DNA of 51,644 bases from Candidatus Parcubacteria bacterium (GCA_027450205.1 DAIDJL010000003.1:1-51644), one strand, 5' to 3'; positions 20,184 through 28,961 are shown, counted from the stretch's first letter. The notes: a model not told the origin generated them from the sequence alone. Numbers and translations: made by a program.

Positions 20184-21173
20184 ATGTTGATCGGCAAAGC
20201 ATCCCCGGAGGATATGAACCTCCATCCCATCCAATACCAGTGGGCATACGATCTCTATCAGCAGGCGGTGCGCAACACGTGGTTCCCGCACGAAATCGCG
20301 CTCAAGGAAGATCTGTACGACTGGGAGAAAATGACCGACGACGAACGCCACGCGGTGAAGTTTTTGATGGCGTTCTTCAATCCGGGAGAACTGATCGTCA
20401 ACCGTTCCATCGCGCTCGGCATCTATCCCTATTTAAAGTCGCCGGAGTGCCACCTCTATCTTGCAAAGCAGATGTGGGAAGAAGCGAACCACTGCGTCGC
20501 GTTTGAATACGTTTTGGAAACGTTCCCGCTCGACCGCTCGAACGTGTTCAATCTTCACCTCGACACGCCGTCCATGAAGGCAAAAGAGGATTACATCAAC
20601 AAGTACATGCGGCGCATGACAGAAGACACGCTCGACGTCGAAACGCCGGACGGCAAGAAAGATTTCATCCGCAACCTCGTAGCGACGAATATCGTCATGG
20701 AAGGCATCTGGTTCTACAGCGGCTTCATGGTGGTGCTCTCGTTCCGCCAGCGCAACCAGCTCCGCAACTTCGGTTCCATGATCAACTGGGTGATCCGCGA
20801 CGAATCGCTCCACCTCAAGTTCGGCATGAATCTCATTCAGAATATTTTGGAGGAGAACGCGGAACTGTTAACAAAGGAATTCGCGGATGAAATCAAGAAC
20901 ATCGTCGTTGAAGGCGTTAATCTGGAAGTGGATTACAACCGCGATCTTTTCCCTCGCGGCATCCTCGGATTGAACGCGGACTACGTCAATCAGTACGTGC
21001 AGTACGTCGCCGATCGGCGCCTGGAAGAGCTCGGCATCGGCGCGCACTACGGCGCAAAGAACCCGGCCAAGTGGATGGCCGGCGCCACCGACGTGCTCGA
21101 ACTCGTCAATTTCTTCGAAGCGCAGAACACGAGCTACGAAGTGGATGGTCACGCGGCGGATAAGCAGAAATAA
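20184..21173 (+). CDS. nrdB: Ribonucleotide reductase beta subunit, class Ic-like (Phe at the radical-Tyr position)
   Basis: 329 aa. Ferritin-like metal motifs: NPGELIV, EEANHCVAFEY, MEGIWF, RDESLHLKF. The residue at His+4 is Phe. Confidence 0.85.
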   Translation: MLIGKASPEDMNLHPIQYQWAYDLYQQAVRNTWFPHEIALKEDLYDWEKMTDDERHAVKFLMAFFNPGELIVNRSIALGIYPYLKSPECHLYLAKQMWEEANHCVAFEYVLETFPLDRSNVFNLHLDTPSMKAKEDYINKYMRRMTEDTLDVETPDGKKDFIRNLVATNIVMEGIWFYSGFMVVLSFRQRNQLRNFGSMINWVIRDESLHLKFGMNLIQNILEENAELLTKEFADEIKNIVVEGVNLEVDYNRDLFPRGILGLNADYVNQYVQYVADRRLEELGIGAHYGAKNPAKWMAGATDVLELVNFFEAQNTSYEVDGHAADKQK

Positions 21174-21177
21174 AAAT

Positions 21178-21199
21178 ACCCCCTCCGGGGTGTTTTTTT
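21178..21199 (+). terminator. Rho-independent terminator after nrdB
   Basis: acccc-ctcc-ggggt hairpin followed by a T7 run, immediately after the TAA. Confidence 0.5.
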
Positions 21200-21204
21200 A
21201 TTTC

Positions 21205-21213
21205 TGGTATAAT
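21205..21213 (+). promoter_or_regulatory. Extended -10 element TGGTATAAT
   Basis: Exact TGnTATAAT, 11 nt before the ATG at 21225. This implies a leaderless or very short leader mRNA. Confidence 0.45.
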
Positions 21214-21224
21214 AAGAGAACGCC

Positions 21225-21869
21225 ATGAATCTTAAGAATATCCTCATTACGCTATCAATCATTGCCGGGCTGCTCGTCATTATAACGTTCTACGTCGTTT
21301 TCTATAGCGGTGGAGGAACATACGTAGTGAGCTCCATACTGGGAGGCCCGAATGCGGAAATTTTCTCCTCAAGCAGCACGAATACCGCCTCTGCGACACC
21401 CGGTGCGGCGAGTTCGACCGCGTCATCCACGCTCGCGCTTGCGTCGTCATCCGGATCGTCAACGCTCTCCCCCGCGCCAAGCAGCAGCGTGTCCGCTGTC
21501 ACGTGGACACAGGGCAATGAAACGCTCTCCGTCACCGGCGCGGCGCTCTCCGGATCACAACTTACGCTCAATGTGCAGGTAGCGATGGGATCCGCCACGG
21601 AGTGCGTACCGCTCACCCTCCGGCTGATCGCCGACGAGCAGGGCGACCTTTCACCGCCCATTACGCCGCAGTTCACGTTCCCCGACAGCGGCACCTGCAA
21701 CGGCACTGCGGGAGAGACATACAGCGCCCAACCGATCGTCTTCTCGCTCGCCAACCCGGGCACGTTCCCCGTCGTATTCACAACCGGGGGCAACGCGAAC
21801 ATCCTCTTTGAAGTGGATCAAAACCCCGACGGTTCGCTTATCGTACAACTGCCGCCGAATGCGGGATGA
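21225..21869 (+). CDS. Hypothetical membrane-anchored secreted protein (Ser-rich linker)
   Basis: 214 aa; N-terminal TM (ILITLSIIAGLLVIITFYVVF), a Ser/Ala/Thr-rich stretch, then a globular C-terminus. Confidence 0.65.
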   Translation: MNLKNILITLSIIAGLLVIITFYVVFYSGGGTYVVSSILGGPNAEIFSSSSTNTASATPGAASSTASSTLALASSSGSSTLSPAPSSSVSAVTWTQGNETLSVTGAALSGSQLTLNVQVAMGSATECVPLTLRLIADEQGDLSPPITPQFTFPDSGTCNGTAGETYSAQPIVFSLANPGTFPVVFTTGGNANILFEVDQNPDGSLIVQLPPNAG

Positions 21870-21938
21870 CGGGGAGTGCACGCGTTAAAAAAATCCCTAT
21901 TGAAAATATCCCGTCTTCTGTTAGAATAGTATTCGTAT

Positions 21939-22013
21939 TCCGCGATAGCTCAATGGTAGAGCGGCGCCCTGTTAAGGCGATGGTTCCAGGTTCGAGTCCT
22001 GGTCGCGGAGCCA
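21939..22013 (+). tRNA. tRNA-Asn (anticodon GTT), CCA encoded
   Basis: Manually folded. Acceptor stem tccgcga/tcgcgga. D arm gctc-aatggta-gagc. Anticodon stem gcgcc/ggcga with loop ctGTTaa. T arm ccagg-ttcgagt-cctgg. Discriminator g plus cca. Confidence 0.9.
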
Positions 22014-22019
22014 AGTAGG

Positions 22020-22390
22020 ACACTCAGCGAGTTCGAGTACAACATCGAACGGTTTACGCATTGTAAACACGAGCTTTTTGCCGTCCACGGTCGGGTTCTG
22101 AAGTATGAAGTTCAGGATCGCGCGTTTTTCGCTCACTTCAGAACGCGGGTCGTCGAAAATGGCACGGATGCGACGGCAGAGATTCAGCACGGTTGCTACG
22201 TGAATGTGGTATTGGTGGTCTGCTTTCGTGTGTTCCTCAAGCTCGATGCCGAGCCGGTATTGCTGATCCTTGAGTTCTTCGAGTTTCTTGTCGTAGATTT
22301 CCTTGGTAATTCGCCTGAATGGGTTTCCCTGGAGATCCAGCGTGGGTATCTTGGATTGCTCAAGGAGTTTATAAGGTAGTTCGCAAGCTA
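22020..22390 (-). pseudogene. C-terminal remnant of a large serine recombinase (integrase) abutting the tRNA-Asn 3' end
   Basis: ORF 21972..22565 contains ...ITKEIYDKKLEELKDQQYRLGIELEEHTKADHQYHIHVATVLNLCRRIRAIFDDPRSEVSEKRAILNFILQNPTVDGKKLVFTMRKPFDVVLELAE. This matches my recollection of the coiled-coil/C-terminal tail of large serine recombinases. No resolvase catalytic domain is present; the space upstream is taken by the HAD gene on the other strand. Confidence 0.5.
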
Positions 22391-22472
22391 AAATCCCGCT
22401 GGACAATTCACTGCTTGCGCTCCTATACTGTTCACAGCAATGACAGTTCACAAAAATCGAAGGGAGGGCCGC

Positions 22473-23126
22473 ATGGCTTGGAAACTCGTAGCGTTTGATT
22501 GGGACGGCACACTGGTTGATACAATGCAGATTGCGTATCAGGCCATGCGAACCGTTTTCGGACATTACCGATTAGAACCGCCGTCCAAGGATGTCTTTTT
22601 GGAGAACATCACGAGCGGTGGCATGCTCGCGTTCTATCACGAGCGAGGGGTTCCCCGTAGCGCAACCCGACAAGACCTCAACGCCATCTGGCAAAGGCAC
22701 TTCAATGATCCGAAGCATCACAGCCAACTTCTCTTGAGAGAAGGCGCACGAGAGGCATTGGCTGCCTGCCGGGACATGGGAGCCAAGGTTTCCATCGTGA
22801 GTGGATCGACCCACGGCATCATAACGACCGGGATTGAGAGGTTTGGCATTTCTGATTTTATTGACCACGTCGAAGCTGATGCTTCCGGCAAGGTTGATGA
22901 ACTTCGACGCGTCATTTCCCATTTCTCCGTCGATCCCAACGAGATGGTGTACGTCGATGATACTTACGAAGGGTTGGCTGCAGCGAAAGAAGTCGGCATT
23001 AGCGCCATCGGAATCCTTGGAGGGTTCAGTCCACGGGAGCGTCTCCTTGAAGCGAATCCCGACCGCTTGATTGCGAGCTTAAACGATCTGCTTCCGTTGT
23101 TTGGGATAAACGGAATGGGGGCATAA
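22473..23126 (+). CDS. HAD-superfamily hydrolase (phosphoglycolate-phosphatase-like)
   Basis: DWDGTLVD motif I, SGS motif II, VYVDDTYEG motif IV. An AGGGAGGG RBS lies 5 nt before the ATG at 22473; the track ORF starts at 22440. Confidence 0.85.
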   Translation: MAWKLVAFDWDGTLVDTMQIAYQAMRTVFGHYRLEPPSKDVFLENITSGGMLAFYHERGVPRSATRQDLNAIWQRHFNDPKHHSQLLLREGAREALAACRDMGAKVSIVSGSTHGIITTGIERFGISDFIDHVEADASGKVDELRRVISHFSVDPNEMVYVDDTYEGLAAAKEVGISAIGILGGFSPRERLLEANPDRLIASLNDLLPLFGINGMGA

Positions 23127-23130
23127 CATC

Positions 23131-23667
23131 ATGTCACTAACCGAAGAAATCACAGCAGTCAGCATCCCCGAGTTTACCGTAAGCGGCCGGTATCTTGCCC
23201 GGCTCGCGGAAGGAAATCTCACACGCGATGAGGATGTCGCAAGCCATTTTTGCGTCTACTTCCTCCCGTATGACCCAAAGACAGAGCGGGTCTTTATCGT
23301 CCACCACAAGAAGTCAGGCCTTTGGCTTTCACCGGGCGGGCACATTGATCGCAACGAGCAGCTCCACGAAGCGTTGGAACGGGAGGCGCATGAAGAACTC
23401 GGTATTTCCTACCGTGCACCCGCTGGACTCAAGCCCTTCCTTCTTACCATCACGCCAATCGTTCACGGCATCACACCGTGCAAGATGCACTACGACATCT
23501 GGTTTGGCATCCCGACCGACGGAAGCGATTTCATGGTTGATCCCCGCGAGTTTCACGAGACGCGATGGCTCACCATCGCTGACGCGCGAAAGATCGTTAT
23601 CGATCCGTCCAATCTCGAAGCCCTCGATAAAATCGAGGAGGTCTTCGCAAAAGCCCCTGCTGTATAG
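23131..23667 (+). CDS. NUDIX hydrolase
   Basis: Nudix box GGHIDRNEQLHEALEREAHEELGI. Confidence 0.85.
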   Translation: MSLTEEITAVSIPEFTVSGRYLARLAEGNLTRDEDVASHFCVYFLPYDPKTERVFIVHHKKSGLWLSPGGHIDRNEQLHEALEREAHEELGISYRAPAGLKPFLLTITPIVHGITPCKMHYDIWFGIPTDGSDFMVDPREFHETRWLTIADARKIVIDPSNLEALDKIEEVFAKAPAV

Positions 23668-23677
23668 GGGCTTTTTT
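23651..23677 (+). terminator. Rho-independent terminator after the NUDIX gene
   Basis: aagcccct-gctgtat-aggggctt hairpin followed by a T run; it overlaps the stop codon. Confidence 0.7.
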
Positions 23678-23793
23678 CATCTACCGAGTTTCCGCTACGA
23701 GGCGCGGCATTCCGAGCCGAGCAAAATCGCGGATAATCTCTTCCCATTCTCGCGTTCTGAACTTGTCTATTTGTGGGAGCAATCAAACGGTTA

Positions 23794-24759
23794 TTATTGG
23801 CTCCACCGATATGATGAGTAAGCCCAGTTGACCAAGTTTTTCATGTCGCCAAATCTGTCTTTCGATTTTAAAACGATATTGATCAAATAACCATTATCGT
23901 CGGTGGATTTCAGCACCAGGACGAGACATTGCCCGGCAGCGGTATTGTTTGCCATCTTGCTTCCGATGATCTGGTCCGCCCAACGTATAGATGGATCTGT
24001 CAGCAGTGAATCTGCGTTTTTAATGGTATAGCGCAGACTTCCACTGAAATTATAAACATGAAACTCGGGGGTTATTGATATGGCGAATATCGATGGTTGG
24101 TTCTTAAGGATCCACTTGATGAGCGTCACCAGGTCATTGACTGTTGAATGATTCTTCAGTCCCGATCCTACCGCATTCGAATAATAGGTATCAGAAAGTC
24201 CAAGATCTTTTGCCTTCTGGTTCATAAGGGCAACAAAGGTATCGGTGCCCATTTTTTCCGACAAAGCGTAAGCCGCTATATTATCCTGGCCGATCAGCAT
24301 AGTATATAAAAGGTCCTTCGCCGAAAAAACATCTCCCAGCTTGAAGTAACCTCCCTCTGCCACGGCCCTTTTGCTTACCAATATATCTTCGGAAAGATCA
24401 TAATTTTCTAAAACTATATCCGCCGTCATCAGCTTCGTTAAGCTCGCGATCAAACGTTGTTGGCCTGCGTTCTTTTCAAAAAGCACCTCCTCCTGGCTGC
24501 CATCACTGCTCACCCACACCGAGATCGCAGATGCGGCGCTAAGTTTTAGATCTACCGTCGACGTTGTCGGTTTTGGCGCTTCAAACGTCTGGGGGGTTGA
24601 AACGGTCTGAGGAGCTGATATCTGCGACCCGGTGTTCTTTAAGATCCAGGCACCCGCCAAGATAATAACTAGCACAACTAATATCGACACAAGACGTTTC
24701 TGACTCATTGCCTTAATGGTAGCAAAAAACCGGAGCCGGAGCTGAGGGTTATTTGCCAT
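23794..24759 (-). CDS. D-alanyl-D-alanine carboxypeptidase (peptidase S11 / PBP5-like), membrane anchored
   Basis: SxxK motif (IASLTKLMT) and SxN motif (YSNAVG). The coding sequence is visibly AT-richer than the rest of the window. An alternative start is the ATG at 24708 (MSQKRLV), preceded by AAGG. Confidence 0.8.
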   Translation of the reverse strand: MANNPQLRLRFFATIKAMSQKRLVSILVVLVIILAGAWILKNTGSQISAPQTVSTPQTFEAPKPTTSTVDLKLSAASAISVWVSSDGSQEEVLFEKNAGQQRLIASLTKLMTADIVLENYDLSEDILVSKRAVAEGGYFKLGDVFSAKDLLYTMLIGQDNIAAYALSEKMGTDTFVALMNQKAKDLGLSDTYYSNAVGSGLKNHSTVNDLVTLIKWILKNQPSIFAISITPEFHVYNFSGSLRYTIKNADSLLTDPSIRWADQIIGSKMANNTAAGQCLVLVLKSTDDNGYLINIVLKSKDRFGDMKNLVNWAYSSYRWSQ

Positions 24760-24885
24760 ACCGAAATCGACAGATTGATCCGGGCCATTCGTCCCGGGCC
24801 TTTTTTCTTTTCCAAGATAAACAAAAATGGGGTTTCAGTACTAGATCAGGCTCCAATATACCCGGCATGAGCCGCCCAGCGCGCG

Positions 24886-25206
24886 CTAATCGGTACCCCC
24901 GCCTTTCGGCTGATGCTTTTTTCTATATTGATAGATACGCCATGCATAGCCAAAAGGGAAATATGGTCCACAGATATCCCCTTCGGGATCCTTGGGAGAA
25001 AACTCTTCCACGATACCAAGGATGCCCACATATTCTTCTTCGGTAAGCCTTCTGCCGAGCTTTGCATAGAACCGTTCGAACAGCCGGTCTATCTCCCGTT
25101 CCCAGAACGCGACCGCCTCGTCCTCATCGTCAAACTCTATAACATTATCGAGCGTGGGTCGCGGGAGCACATCACTAAGCGTATATTTTCTATGCTTCTT
25201 TTTCAT
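24886..25206 (-). CDS. Hypothetical protein (106 aa, acidic, no recognised domain)
   Basis: Clean ORF, divergent from 25328..25669, located in the AT-richer island. Confidence 0.5.
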   Translation of the reverse strand: MKKKHRKYTLSDVLPRPTLDNVIEFDDEDEAVAFWEREIDRLFERFYAKLGRRLTEEEYVGILGIVEEFSPKDPEGDICGPYFPFGYAWRIYQYRKKHQPKGGGTD

Positions 25207-25292
25207 ATAAACAGTATGCCGCTAGATCCCGCGTTTGGCAAAATATCAAGTCCAATGCGAAGAGCAGAAAAATGTAACTTGGCAGAAAGGCC

Positions 25293-25321
25293 TTGTTGTA
25301 TATTCCTCTCGTACCTATAAT
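25293..25321 (+). promoter_or_regulatory. Sigma70-like promoter TTGTTG-N17-TATAAT
   Basis: Read directly. The -10 ends 6 nt before the ATG at 25328, which suggests a leaderless transcript. Confidence 0.45.
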
Positions 25322-25327
25322 TGGTTT

Positions 25328-25669
25328 ATGAGAAATCATATGGAACGAGCGCCCGGAACCGTGGAGTTGGGTGAAGCGGAGTGCCACGCGCTCGAATGCG
25401 CCTTCGCGAACAATCCCAAAACAATCGCCCAGCTTGCTGAGCTGGCCGACGAGAGGGATATGAAATTATGGGCGGAGGAGCTTAAGGAAACTTCGCATCT
25501 GGTCTTCGTACCCAACGAAGTGATGAAAACGGTGTATTTCCAAATTGCCGATGCGGAGATCAAAAGACTGGCTCACGAGAATAACACTCTCTATTGCGGC
25601 CACTCAAGCGAAGACCATCTGGAAGCGCTGCGATCGATTGAATCAACTTTTTCCCAGCCTGTTAACTAA
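25328..25669 (+). CDS. Hypothetical protein (113 aa)
   Basis: The track ORF starts at 25235, but the promoter lies inside that extension. The internal start gives MRNHMERAPG... Confidence 0.5.
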   Translation: MRNHMERAPGTVELGEAECHALECAFANNPKTIAQLAELADERDMKLWAEELKETSHLVFVPNEVMKTVYFQIADAEIKRLAHENNTLYCGHSSEDHLEALRSIESTFSQPVN

Positions 25670-25912
25670 ATAGGTTCTGCTACAGATTCGACGAATCTCA
25701 AATAGTTGACCATAGGCTCAAAGGGTGATATTTTTTGTTCAGGAAGGCGTTCTTTTAATTTCCAATACGAATTGGGGGAGGTGAAAAGCGCAATGGGATG
25801 GCATGGCGCAAAAATTCGCCAAGCGTTCTCAAACCGACGATCCGTACGGATGGGTCCGCCAGGGAAAACTTCTTGAAAAAATCAACACGCTTTTGCTGAA
25901 TAAGGAGAAACG

Positions 25913-26077
25913 ATGGAAGATATCCCCTGCATCGCATGCAAAAAAAACCAGGCACATGAACAGTGCACAAACCCCAAGTGTCCGTATGCGCATCGGGGAA
26001 GACATTTCCACTGCCAGGAATGTGATGCCGTATACGACCAGCCGCCGCCGGCACCCGTTGCCAATGTGCCGCATTAG
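25913..26077 (+). CDS. Small Cys-rich (zinc-ribbon-like) protein, 54 aa
   Basis: Below the ORF-track size cut-off. An AAGGAGA RBS lies 5 nt upstream of the ATG. Translation: MEDIPCIACKKNQAHEQCTNPKCPYAHRGRHFHCQECDAVYDQPPPAPVANVPH, with CxxC...C-x4-C...CxxC spacing. A strong terminator follows. Confidence 0.55.
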   Translation: MEDIPCIACKKNQAHEQCTNPKCPYAHRGRHFHCQECDAVYDQPPPAPVANVPH

Positions 26078-26092
26078 TACCGACGATCCAAC

Positions 26093-26133
26093 AAGGGCCG
26101 AGTGTTATCCACTTGGCCCTTTTATCTTTTTTT
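26093..26133 (+). terminator. Rho-independent terminator
   Basis: aagggcc-15 nt-ggccctt hairpin followed by a T-rich run (tttatcttttttt). Confidence 0.65.
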
Positions 26134-26154
26134 ATTTTCTGCTACACTACGACC

Positions 26155-26271
26155 ATGGCAAAAAGAGGAGGATGGATAACCGGGCAGAAGGCGCACTCCA
26201 AAAAAACCAAGAAGCGGTTGGAGGCAAAGAAGCTTATGCTTGAGGCGAAAAAGAGCAAGCGGCGCAAATAA
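26155..26271 (+). CDS. Possible small, highly basic peptide (38 aa)
   Basis: MAKRGGWITGQKAHSKKTKKRLEAKKLMLEAKKSKRRK. No clear RBS. A hairpin plus T run follows. Speculative. Confidence 0.3.
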   Translation: MAKRGGWITGQKAHSKKTKKRLEAKKLMLEAKKSKRRK

Positions 26272-26358
26272 CGGCGGGTCGGGCATAATTAAAAACCACC
26301 CCGCAGGCGGTGTGTTTTTAATAAGCCAGATCATCCGCGGGCGGCCTCAGCCAGCCGG

Positions 26359-26367
26359 TGGTATAAT
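26359..26367 (+). promoter_or_regulatory. Extended -10 element TGGTATAAT
   Basis: Exact motif, 50 nt upstream of the ATG at 26417. Confidence 0.45.
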
Positions 26368-26416
26368 GGAATAATATGATATTTCCTGCGGTATATAGCA
26401 AAGAAGCGGTATCATA

Positions 26417-27709
26417 ATGAAAAGGATAATTTTTGTGTTCTCTGCGGCGTTCTTTGTCGCCACATTGTTTACTGCCTTTGCGGTGCGGGAGCTTCCTGCC
26501 GCCTACGCACAGGCGATCGGCACCGCAAGCAGCAGCACGGGCGCGACCGGAACATCGAGCAGCAGCTCTCTCCAGGACCAACTGAACGCCAACGACCAGC
26601 AGATCGCAAGCCTTAACCAGCAGATCGCGCAATACCAGGCCGAACTCCAGCAGGTCGGCGCGGACAAAAAGACCCTCCAGGCAGCCATCAACGGTCTTGA
26701 CCTCCAGCGCAGAAAGCTCCAAACACAGGTAACGCTTACCCAGTATCAAATAAAGAGCACTCAGCTACAGATACAACAATTGGGCGGAGAGATCACCAAC
26801 ACCCAAAAGACGATCGCCCAGGATCAGACCGCGCTCGGCGCATATTTGCGGAGCCTTCAAAAAGCCGACAACAAACCTCTTATCATGCAGATGCTATCGT
26901 CGGGAAGCCTCGTGCAAACGTGGAGCGACCTGAACCAGACCCTGCAAATACAGAACGGCATCCAGAATGCGATGCAGACGCTCAAAGAGCAGGCGGACAA
27001 CCTCGCCACTTCGCAGACCGCCTCGCAAGAAAAACAAAGCACGCTCACCGCGCAACAGCAATCGCTCACAACCCAGCAGCAATCGCTCGTAAAAACAGAA
27101 CAGTCAAAGGCCCAGCTCCTCGCGCAAACAAAGGCGCAGGAAGCGACGTACCAAAAGCTTCTTGCGGCCGCGGAAGCCGAGCTGAACAGCTTCTCCGCAT
27201 TCGCACAGAATGCCGGCGGATCAAAAGTCCTCGGCAACCAGACAGTATGCGATTCGTGGGGCTGCTATTACAACCAACGCGACGCCCTGTGGGGCAACAC
27301 CCCGCTCGACGGCACAAGATACAGTATGGCGGCAGACGGCTGTCTTGTTACCGCGATGGCGATGGTCCTCACCCACTACGGCTACAAGAATGTGACGCCT
27401 GCCACCATCAACGCGGATCCGAATAATTTTGCGGCATATTATCCGGCATATCTGCTGACCACCATCAACGTCGACGGCATGACCGCCACGCGCAGGGCTG
27501 CGGCCATTGACGCGACGCTCGCCACCGGCAACCCGGTGATCGTCGGCATCAACGCCTATGGCGGCACGCACTTCGTGGTGCTTGTAAGCGGCAGCAGGGG
27601 CAACTACATCATGAAAGACCCATATATCACGGACGGCAACAACATCAGCTTCTCCGCACACTATTCCTTCAGAAGGATCTTCGCGGTCGCAAAAGTGATC
27701 ATCAGCTGA
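26417..27709 (+). CDS. PcsB-like secreted cell-wall hydrolase: long coiled coil plus C-terminal C39-like/papain-like cysteine peptidase domain
   Basis: 430 aa. Signal peptide, then Gln-rich heptad repeats. C-terminus: DGCLVTAMAMVLTHYG...GGTHFVVLV, a Cys...His pair. Confidence 0.7.
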   Translation: MKRIIFVFSAAFFVATLFTAFAVRELPAAYAQAIGTASSSTGATGTSSSSSLQDQLNANDQQIASLNQQIAQYQAELQQVGADKKTLQAAINGLDLQRRKLQTQVTLTQYQIKSTQLQIQQLGGEITNTQKTIAQDQTALGAYLRSLQKADNKPLIMQMLSSGSLVQTWSDLNQTLQIQNGIQNAMQTLKEQADNLATSQTASQEKQSTLTAQQQSLTTQQQSLVKTEQSKAQLLAQTKAQEATYQKLLAAAEAELNSFSAFAQNAGGSKVLGNQTVCDSWGCYYNQRDALWGNTPLDGTRYSMAADGCLVTAMAMVLTHYGYKNVTPATINADPNNFAAYYPAYLLTTINVDGMTATRRAAAIDATLATGNPVIVGINAYGGTHFVVLVSGSRGNYIMKDPYITDGNNISFSAHYSFRRIFAVAKVIIS

Positions 27710-28586
27710 TGATCAAAATGGCCGCACCGGCGGCGATGGCAATAAAAAGCACCACCATGACCGCAAGCGACAGAAAAAACATCTGCCGCGCCCACTGTTT
27801 GCTTGCCGCAGCGGCGTGGATAAAAAGCCCCCTCACGCCGAGCGCAAACCAGGCAAGGCCGAGCACCAGCGCGATAATAAGATAGACCGGCCCGGCGTAT
27901 CCGAAGATAAAAAGCAGGAAGGCGGCAGCGGTGAACTCGACGATATAGATGAGCATGCTCACCTTCGTCCGGTAAAGATCGTGTTTGACGGGCATCACGG
28001 GGATCTTGGCGGCGGCATAATCGTCCTCGCGCCGGATCGCGATCGCGAAAAAATGCGGCATCTGCCATGCCAGCATGATCAAAAACAATATGAGTGCCGC
28101 GAGATCAAGCCGTCCGCTCGCCGCGGCGTAACCGACCACCGGCGGCGTGGCACCGGCGACGGCTCCCATGGCGGTGCCATAGACCGTCGCACGCTTTGCC
28201 CACAGGGAATACACGAATACATAAAAGACGAATCCCACGATCGCCGCAAAGAACGCAATCGCGTTGGTAAAGAAGTAAAGAACAAGGAATCCCGCCGCGG
28301 CGAGCGCGGCGCCATACACGATCGCCGCACGCGCGGATACGCGATGCGTGACGAGCGCGCGGTGCTTTGTGCGCTCCATTTTTGCGTCGATGTCGCGGTC
28401 GATATAATTGTTGAACACGCAGCCGGAAGCCATCACGAGCGTGATGCCAACGACCGCGGCGAGAAGCCGCCAGGGATCGACGGCGTTCCCGCCTGCCACC
28501 TGTGCGCCCAACAGGAATCCTGCGACCACGGTGACAACGTTGCCGAGCACCAATCCCGCTTTTGTGAGTTCGTAATAATATTTCAT
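27702..28586 (-). CDS. cyoE: Protoheme IX farnesyltransferase (heme O synthase)
   Basis: 294-aa UbiA-family polytopic membrane protein with the motif NNYIDRDIDAKMERTKHR. It is the last gene of the cyo operon. Confidence 0.9.
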   Translation of the reverse strand: MKYYYELTKAGLVLGNVVTVVAGFLLGAQVAGGNAVDPWRLLAAVVGITLVMASGCVFNNYIDRDIDAKMERTKHRALVTHRVSARAAIVYGAALAAAGFLVLYFFTNAIAFFAAIVGFVFYVFVYSLWAKRATVYGTAMGAVAGATPPVVGYAAASGRLDLAALILFLIMLAWQMPHFFAIAIRREDDYAAAKIPVMPVKHDLYRTKVSMLIYIVEFTAAAFLLFIFGYAGPVYLIIALVLGLAWFALGVRGLFIHAAAASKQWARQMFFLSLAVMVVLFIAIAAGAAILIIS

Positions 28587-28592
28587 GATGGT

Positions 28593-28952
28593 TTAAAATC
28601 CGTCCTGGCTCTGGATGTAAGCGTTCATGTCCGACGGCGATGCCATCATATTATAGTTCAGGTGGTCCATGATCCAGATCGAGCCGATGACGATGATAAG
28701 CACGATCCCGACGGTCGAAAGGAGTGCGCCCAATCTCCAGCGCGGGCCCGATTCCTCTGCAAGATGCATGAAAAAAACAAGCTGGACGAGCATTTGCGCA
28801 ATGGCAAGCGCGAGGATCGCCGCGATGAGAAACTGGTGGCTGAACACCGTATGGCCGGATTGGATGTGCGTCCAGATAAGCCACACAGCGGCAAGTGTGA
28901 GCGTCACCGAGAGCGCGAATCCTATGATATATGATCTGAGCGTCGTTTTCAT
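28593..28952 (-). CDS. cyoD: Cytochrome o ubiquinol oxidase subunit IV
   Basis: 119 aa, 3 TM; start LRSYIIGFALSVTLT; position in operon. Confidence 0.8.
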   Translation of the reverse strand: MKTTLRSYIIGFALSVTLTLAAVWLIWTHIQSGHTVFSHQFLIAAILALAIAQMLVQLVFFMHLAEESGPRWRLGALLSTVGIVLIIVIGSIWIMDHLNYNMMASPSDMNAYIQSQDGF

Positions 28953-28961
28953 AAAGTCGGT

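Noticed and set aside
19338-20351. 337-aa minus-strand ORF
   Set aside because: It is antisense to well-supported nrdA/nrdB. The His/Arg/Gly-rich composition is typical of GC-rich shadow ORFs.
21972-22019. C-terminal extension of ORF 21972..22565 (..WLRDQDSNLEPSP)
   Set aside because: This is the reverse-strand translation of the tRNA-Asn T-arm and acceptor stem, not real coding sequence.
22950-22961. YVDD tetrapeptide that could hint at a reverse transcriptase
   Set aside because: It is HAD motif IV (VYVDDTYEG) inside a typical DxDGT HAD hydrolase, with no RT finger/palm context.
24776-24805. Plus-strand terminator-like hairpin (ccggg..cccgg followed by tttttt)
   Set aside because: No plus-strand gene ends nearby and the stem is short, so it was left unannotated.
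25803-26243. 146-aa plus-strand ORF
   Set aside because: It reads through a strong terminator hairpin (26093..26133). It also overlaps a 54-aa ORF that has a near-perfect RBS. Its C-terminal half is low-quality sequence.
22000-26420. Direct repeat of the tRNA-Asn 3' end marking the far island boundary (attR)
   Set aside because: I could not find a second copy by eye. Serine integrases do not need long att repeats, so absence is uninformative and the right boundary stays undefined.
27816-28934. 372-aa plus-strand ORF
   Set aside because: It is antisense to cyoE/cyoD. The extremely Arg/Asp/His-rich translation has no domain.
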